From Pseudomonas phage phiKZ, in the sequence record NC_004629.1: a stretch of 32,000 nucleotides of DNA. The stretch is one strand, 5' to 3'. Below are positions 28,994-32,000 of this stretch, one piece after another (position 1 is the stretch's first letter; each line of letters starts with the position of its first letter). The notes below the pieces were generated by a model. It saw nothing but the letters and a program-made list of their open reading frames with translations, ran no database searches and was not told the DNA's origin. The position numbers were made by a program, and so were the translations under genes.

Positions 28994-30157
28994 ATGCCAT
29001 TACCTGTAATCGCCGGAGCAGTAAGTTCTGCTCTGATGACTGTTGCTGCTGATCAAGGTGTACGTGGTCTAATGCAGACTGTCCTACAAGCCACTAAAAA
29101 TGGTGTAGAGATTTCTTCTCTAACCGATCTAGCACGTCCAACTCGTGTTGAACCATTGGTCATCGTAGACCAAACCTTAGTTGATCAACCTTACATGAAA
29201 GACGTTATGAAATTTGTTTCATCGTCTTTTACTGGTTATTATCTACAAGCTGTTAATATGCTTCTAGGTGTGGATAAGATTGATACTTTAAAAGTATTCG
29301 ATACTATTAATCCTAACCGTACAGGTGTAACTCGCACTAGTGTATTCTCTGCCGAAGAGTATTCTGATGGTCTTCCTTCATTAGAGTCTTTTGAGAAGCC
29401 TGTGCATTTACCAAATATCGTCGCTGAACACTCACATGAGCGTTGGGTAGCTTCAATGGAAGCGAATGACGAAAGTACAAGTGCACAAAGTATTTCTAGT
29501 GGTGATACACAAAAGATTTATGAAGTTGAAAACCTTGCCGTTGGTAAGCTGGTTAACGTTGATGTTAAATCAGGAAAGCAGAAAGCTAAAATTCCTGTTA
29601 TGATCCGTTTAATTCCAGCCGCTGTTAGTCCTCAGATTATTGCGCACATCTTTAGTGCTGGTGGACGAGATACTTGGCTACATCGCCTATTTCTAGTAAA
29701 AACTGGTCAAATTAAATTCTGGCGTGACTTCGTTCTAGGTCAAGATATGATCGATGAACATTATCGCATTCTAATGAATGATAAATCAGGTGTTTATAAA
29801 CAAATCACCGATCGCCGCCGTAACAACTGGAAACAATCAGTTCGCAGTGGTACGGTTTCATTAGCAGATGCATCAAATATCGCGATTGTATCAACTTCAA
29901 CTCTTAAAGCTGCTTCTAATTCTCTTTATGGTCGTATTGATGATTTCGCCACTCGGCAAAAGATCTTTGACAATAGCTATCTAATGATGCTTGTTGTTAT
30001 TGATGACCGTTATGAGCGAGTAACTATTTATCATCGTGGGGTTGATCTATCTACATCTCACCGACTTGATGAAATTAAAATGGCTGAAAAGAATAAAGGT
30101 CCGGATATCACTGAGATCTTTAAAATGATGAATAAAACCATGTCTACCAATATTTAA
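28994..30157 (+). CDS. Probable virion structural protein (387 aa)
   Basis: ATG preceded by AGGAAGAGAAAA; complete ORF in a collinear + block. Confidence 0.75.
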   Translation: MPLPVIAGAVSSALMTVAADQGVRGLMQTVLQATKNGVEISSLTDLARPTRVEPLVIVDQTLVDQPYMKDVMKFVSSSFTGYYLQAVNMLLGVDKIDTLKVFDTINPNRTGVTRTSVFSAEEYSDGLPSLESFEKPVHLPNIVAEHSHERWVASMEANDESTSAQSISSGDTQKIYEVENLAVGKLVNVDVKSGKQKAKIPVMIRLIPAAVSPQIIAHIFSAGGRDTWLHRLFLVKTGQIKFWRDFVLGQDMIDEHYRILMNDKSGVYKQITDRRRNNWKQSVRSGTVSLADASNIAIVSTSTLKAASNSLYGRIDDFATRQKIFDNSYLMMLVVIDDRYERVTIYHRGVDLSTSHRLDEIKMAEKNKGPDITEIFKMMNKTMSTNI

Positions 30158-30167
30158 GGACTGAGTG

Positions 30168-31097
30168 ATGAGAATTATTGATTATGTACGTGAACTCGCA
30201 CCAGTTACTGAACGTCGTGAACTATTAAATCAAATCCGTTCATTACGTGAAGAATATGATGCAACTCTCGCACCAATTATTGACGATGTAGGTGAAGTAT
30301 TTGGTAATATGCAACTTAAATCAGATTTAGGTATGCGGTTATCTACTGAACTACGGCGAGCGATTAGTTTTAATACTGAACCGATTAAACTAGTACTGGA
30401 TACTCTTTCAAATATTCGTGGTAGCTTTGATATGATCGAAAGCGAAATCCGGCGTTTATTTGCTATTCAGTTTACTAACTCTAATCTAACCTTTGACCGT
30501 GCAAACATGTTACGTTTTGTTGATGGTCTTAGTTTCTATATTCGTTATGGCCGTAAACTACTACTAAATCTAATTGCACAAGAAGCAATGAAATTAGGTA
30601 AGGCTACAGAATTAAAATCATCTCGTGCTGAGAAAGAATGGCTATACACTAATATGGCGCAATTCATTACTCTGTATCCAGCAATGAGTCTTAAGACTAA
30701 TGAACTGAAACAACGCTTAAGTCGTGCATCTAGTGCTGAAGTCAATGAAGGTACTTATGATGTAGCTGTGAGTGCTCTCTCTATAGCTCAACGTGATCCA
30801 CTTAACATGGATGGCTTCTCACCTCGTCAGAACCCGTTCGTGCTATTTGGCAAGTTCTTAGCTGAGTATCAGGTTGAACGTTTTAAAGAAGCTGAGCAAG
30901 AATTCCTTGCACTTCAACTACGTTTACAAGAAATGCGGGAAATGCAAAGTAATGGTAAAGTGGATGCACGCCTACAGAAGCTTATTAAAGAGTATGAAAT
31001 TCGTATCTCTGATTATAACTATCGCCTAGGTATGATCCAAGATCGCGCATCTGAGTTCTTTGCTAACCATCGTGATCTACTATCTCTTGGTCACTAA
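30168..31097 (+). CDS. Hypothetical phage protein (309 aa), helical
   Basis: ATG 30168 with AAGGACTGAGTG upstream; the track ORF opens at GTG 30165. Confidence 0.72.
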   Translation: MRIIDYVRELAPVTERRELLNQIRSLREEYDATLAPIIDDVGEVFGNMQLKSDLGMRLSTELRRAISFNTEPIKLVLDTLSNIRGSFDMIESEIRRLFAIQFTNSNLTFDRANMLRFVDGLSFYIRYGRKLLLNLIAQEAMKLGKATELKSSRAEKEWLYTNMAQFITLYPAMSLKTNELKQRLSRASSAEVNEGTYDVAVSALSIAQRDPLNMDGFSPRQNPFVLFGKFLAEYQVERFKEAEQEFLALQLRLQEMREMQSNGKVDARLQKLIKEYEIRISDYNYRLGMIQDRASEFFANHRDLLSLGH

Positions 31098-31111
31098 TGG
31101 AGGGCATTGAT

Positions 31112-31642
31112 ATGCCAGCAACTAATGCTGTACGCCCATTTGGTCGTAATTACTCAGGTGGTCAACAACAGGCCATTTCACGGTTCACTGCTCGTCCCGG
31201 TGATCCTCAAGTTGAAGAACTATATCTTATCTTTACCAACTTTCCTGCACAAACTGCATATTGGGAATTCCATAAGAAAGTTCTAGCTTGTGCTATTCGT
31301 CTTTTTAGCGGAAACTATAATTGGTTTATTCTACAGGACAATAATAGTAATATTGATAGTTATAATTATCAATTCCTATTAGATACTGTTCGATACATTG
31401 CTACGGGTCATCGACGTATTTCAATTACCCAATGGCCAATGTTACTAGCTACTGAACCAGATGCTGGTGCACAACTCATTGAACCGCGCGCTGAAATTGC
31501 TACTCTCTTTAATGAGTTAAAATTAGATCTAGATACTGTTTCAATGATCCAGAATTGGGTTAAACACAAAAACGGTATGAATGATCTAATGTATACCCTA
31601 CATCTACTATTTGGATCTGTAGAAGTAATAGATAAGGACTGA
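31112..31642 (+). CDS. Hypothetical phage protein (176 aa)
   Basis: ATG 31112 with GGAGGGCATTGAT upstream; the track ORF opens at 31097. Confidence 0.68.
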   Translation: MPATNAVRPFGRNYSGGQQQAISRFTARPGDPQVEELYLIFTNFPAQTAYWEFHKKVLACAIRLFSGNYNWFILQDNNSNIDSYNYQFLLDTVRYIATGHRRISITQWPMLLATEPDAGAQLIEPRAEIATLFNELKLDLDTVSMIQNWVKHKNGMNDLMYTLHLLFGSVEVIDKD

Positions 31643-31651
31643 GGACTATCT

Positions 31652-32000
31652 ATGACTAATAATTCATTTAGTCATTCGGTCTTACTTGAATCAATCGACG
31701 GGGACAGCCCCGTCGATATGATCGCTACATGCGATGGATATCTAAAAGAATTATTGCCATCAATTGAAGATATTCAAAGTAGATTAGAATGCACTGAAAA
31801 AGACATTTTAGTTAAAACCTATACCGATGGCTTATTTCAAAAATATGCAGATAACCAAGATGTTGTTAGTGAACACATTCTAAAAACTGAGAATGTGTCA
31901 TTAGAAGACCTATCTAAGACAGCACGAAATACCTGGGATGAAATGAAAAAATCCCAAGCAAAGCATCGAGATGAGTTAAAAGAGTATGCACGTGTTATTA
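31652..32000 (+). CDS. Partial hypothetical protein running off the window
   Basis: ATG 31652 after a short gap; open to the window end: MTNNSFSHSVLLESIDGDSPVDMIATCDGYLKELLPSIEDIQSRLEC... Confidence 0.65.
   Translation, partial: MTNNSFSHSVLLESIDGDSPVDMIATCDGYLKELLPSIEDIQSRLECTEKDILVKTYTDGLFQKYADNQDVVSEHILKTENVSLEDLSKTARNTWDEMKKSQAKHRDELKEYARVI

Overview
This window looks like core plus some accessory genome of a phiKZ-like jumbo bacteriophage. It is AT-rich and gene-dense, with alternating strand blocks. Two parts of the multisubunit phage RNA polymerases are recognisable. One is a beta-type gene (exons 3275-4456 and 5672-6595) interrupted by a group I intron carrying an HNH homing endonuclease, followed directly by a beta'-C-terminal gene (6626-8659); the pair resembles the non-virion RNAP. 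The other is a second, more divergent beta'-C-terminal-like gene (15025-16374), resembling the virion RNAP. Also present are an SF2 helicase (about 8718-10256), a cassette of very small membrane ORFs (10376-11391), a family B DNA polymerase N-terminal/exonuclease part lacking motifs B and C (17960-19876), a Kelch-repeat tail/adhesin-like protein (20347-21861, minus), a HEXXH metallopeptidase-like protein (21963-23204) and several likely virion structural genes. The two strongest unexplained signals are ORF discontinuities at slippery heptamers. A minus-strand T_TTT_TTT at 11939-11945 joins a 522-codon frame to a 165-codon frame that has no start codon. A CCCAAAG directly before the DNA polymerase stop at 19874 precedes a well-formed 122-codon ORF in the -1 frame with no ATG/GTG/TTG start at its 5' end. 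All family and product names come from motif reading and recalled family knowledge; no database search was run.
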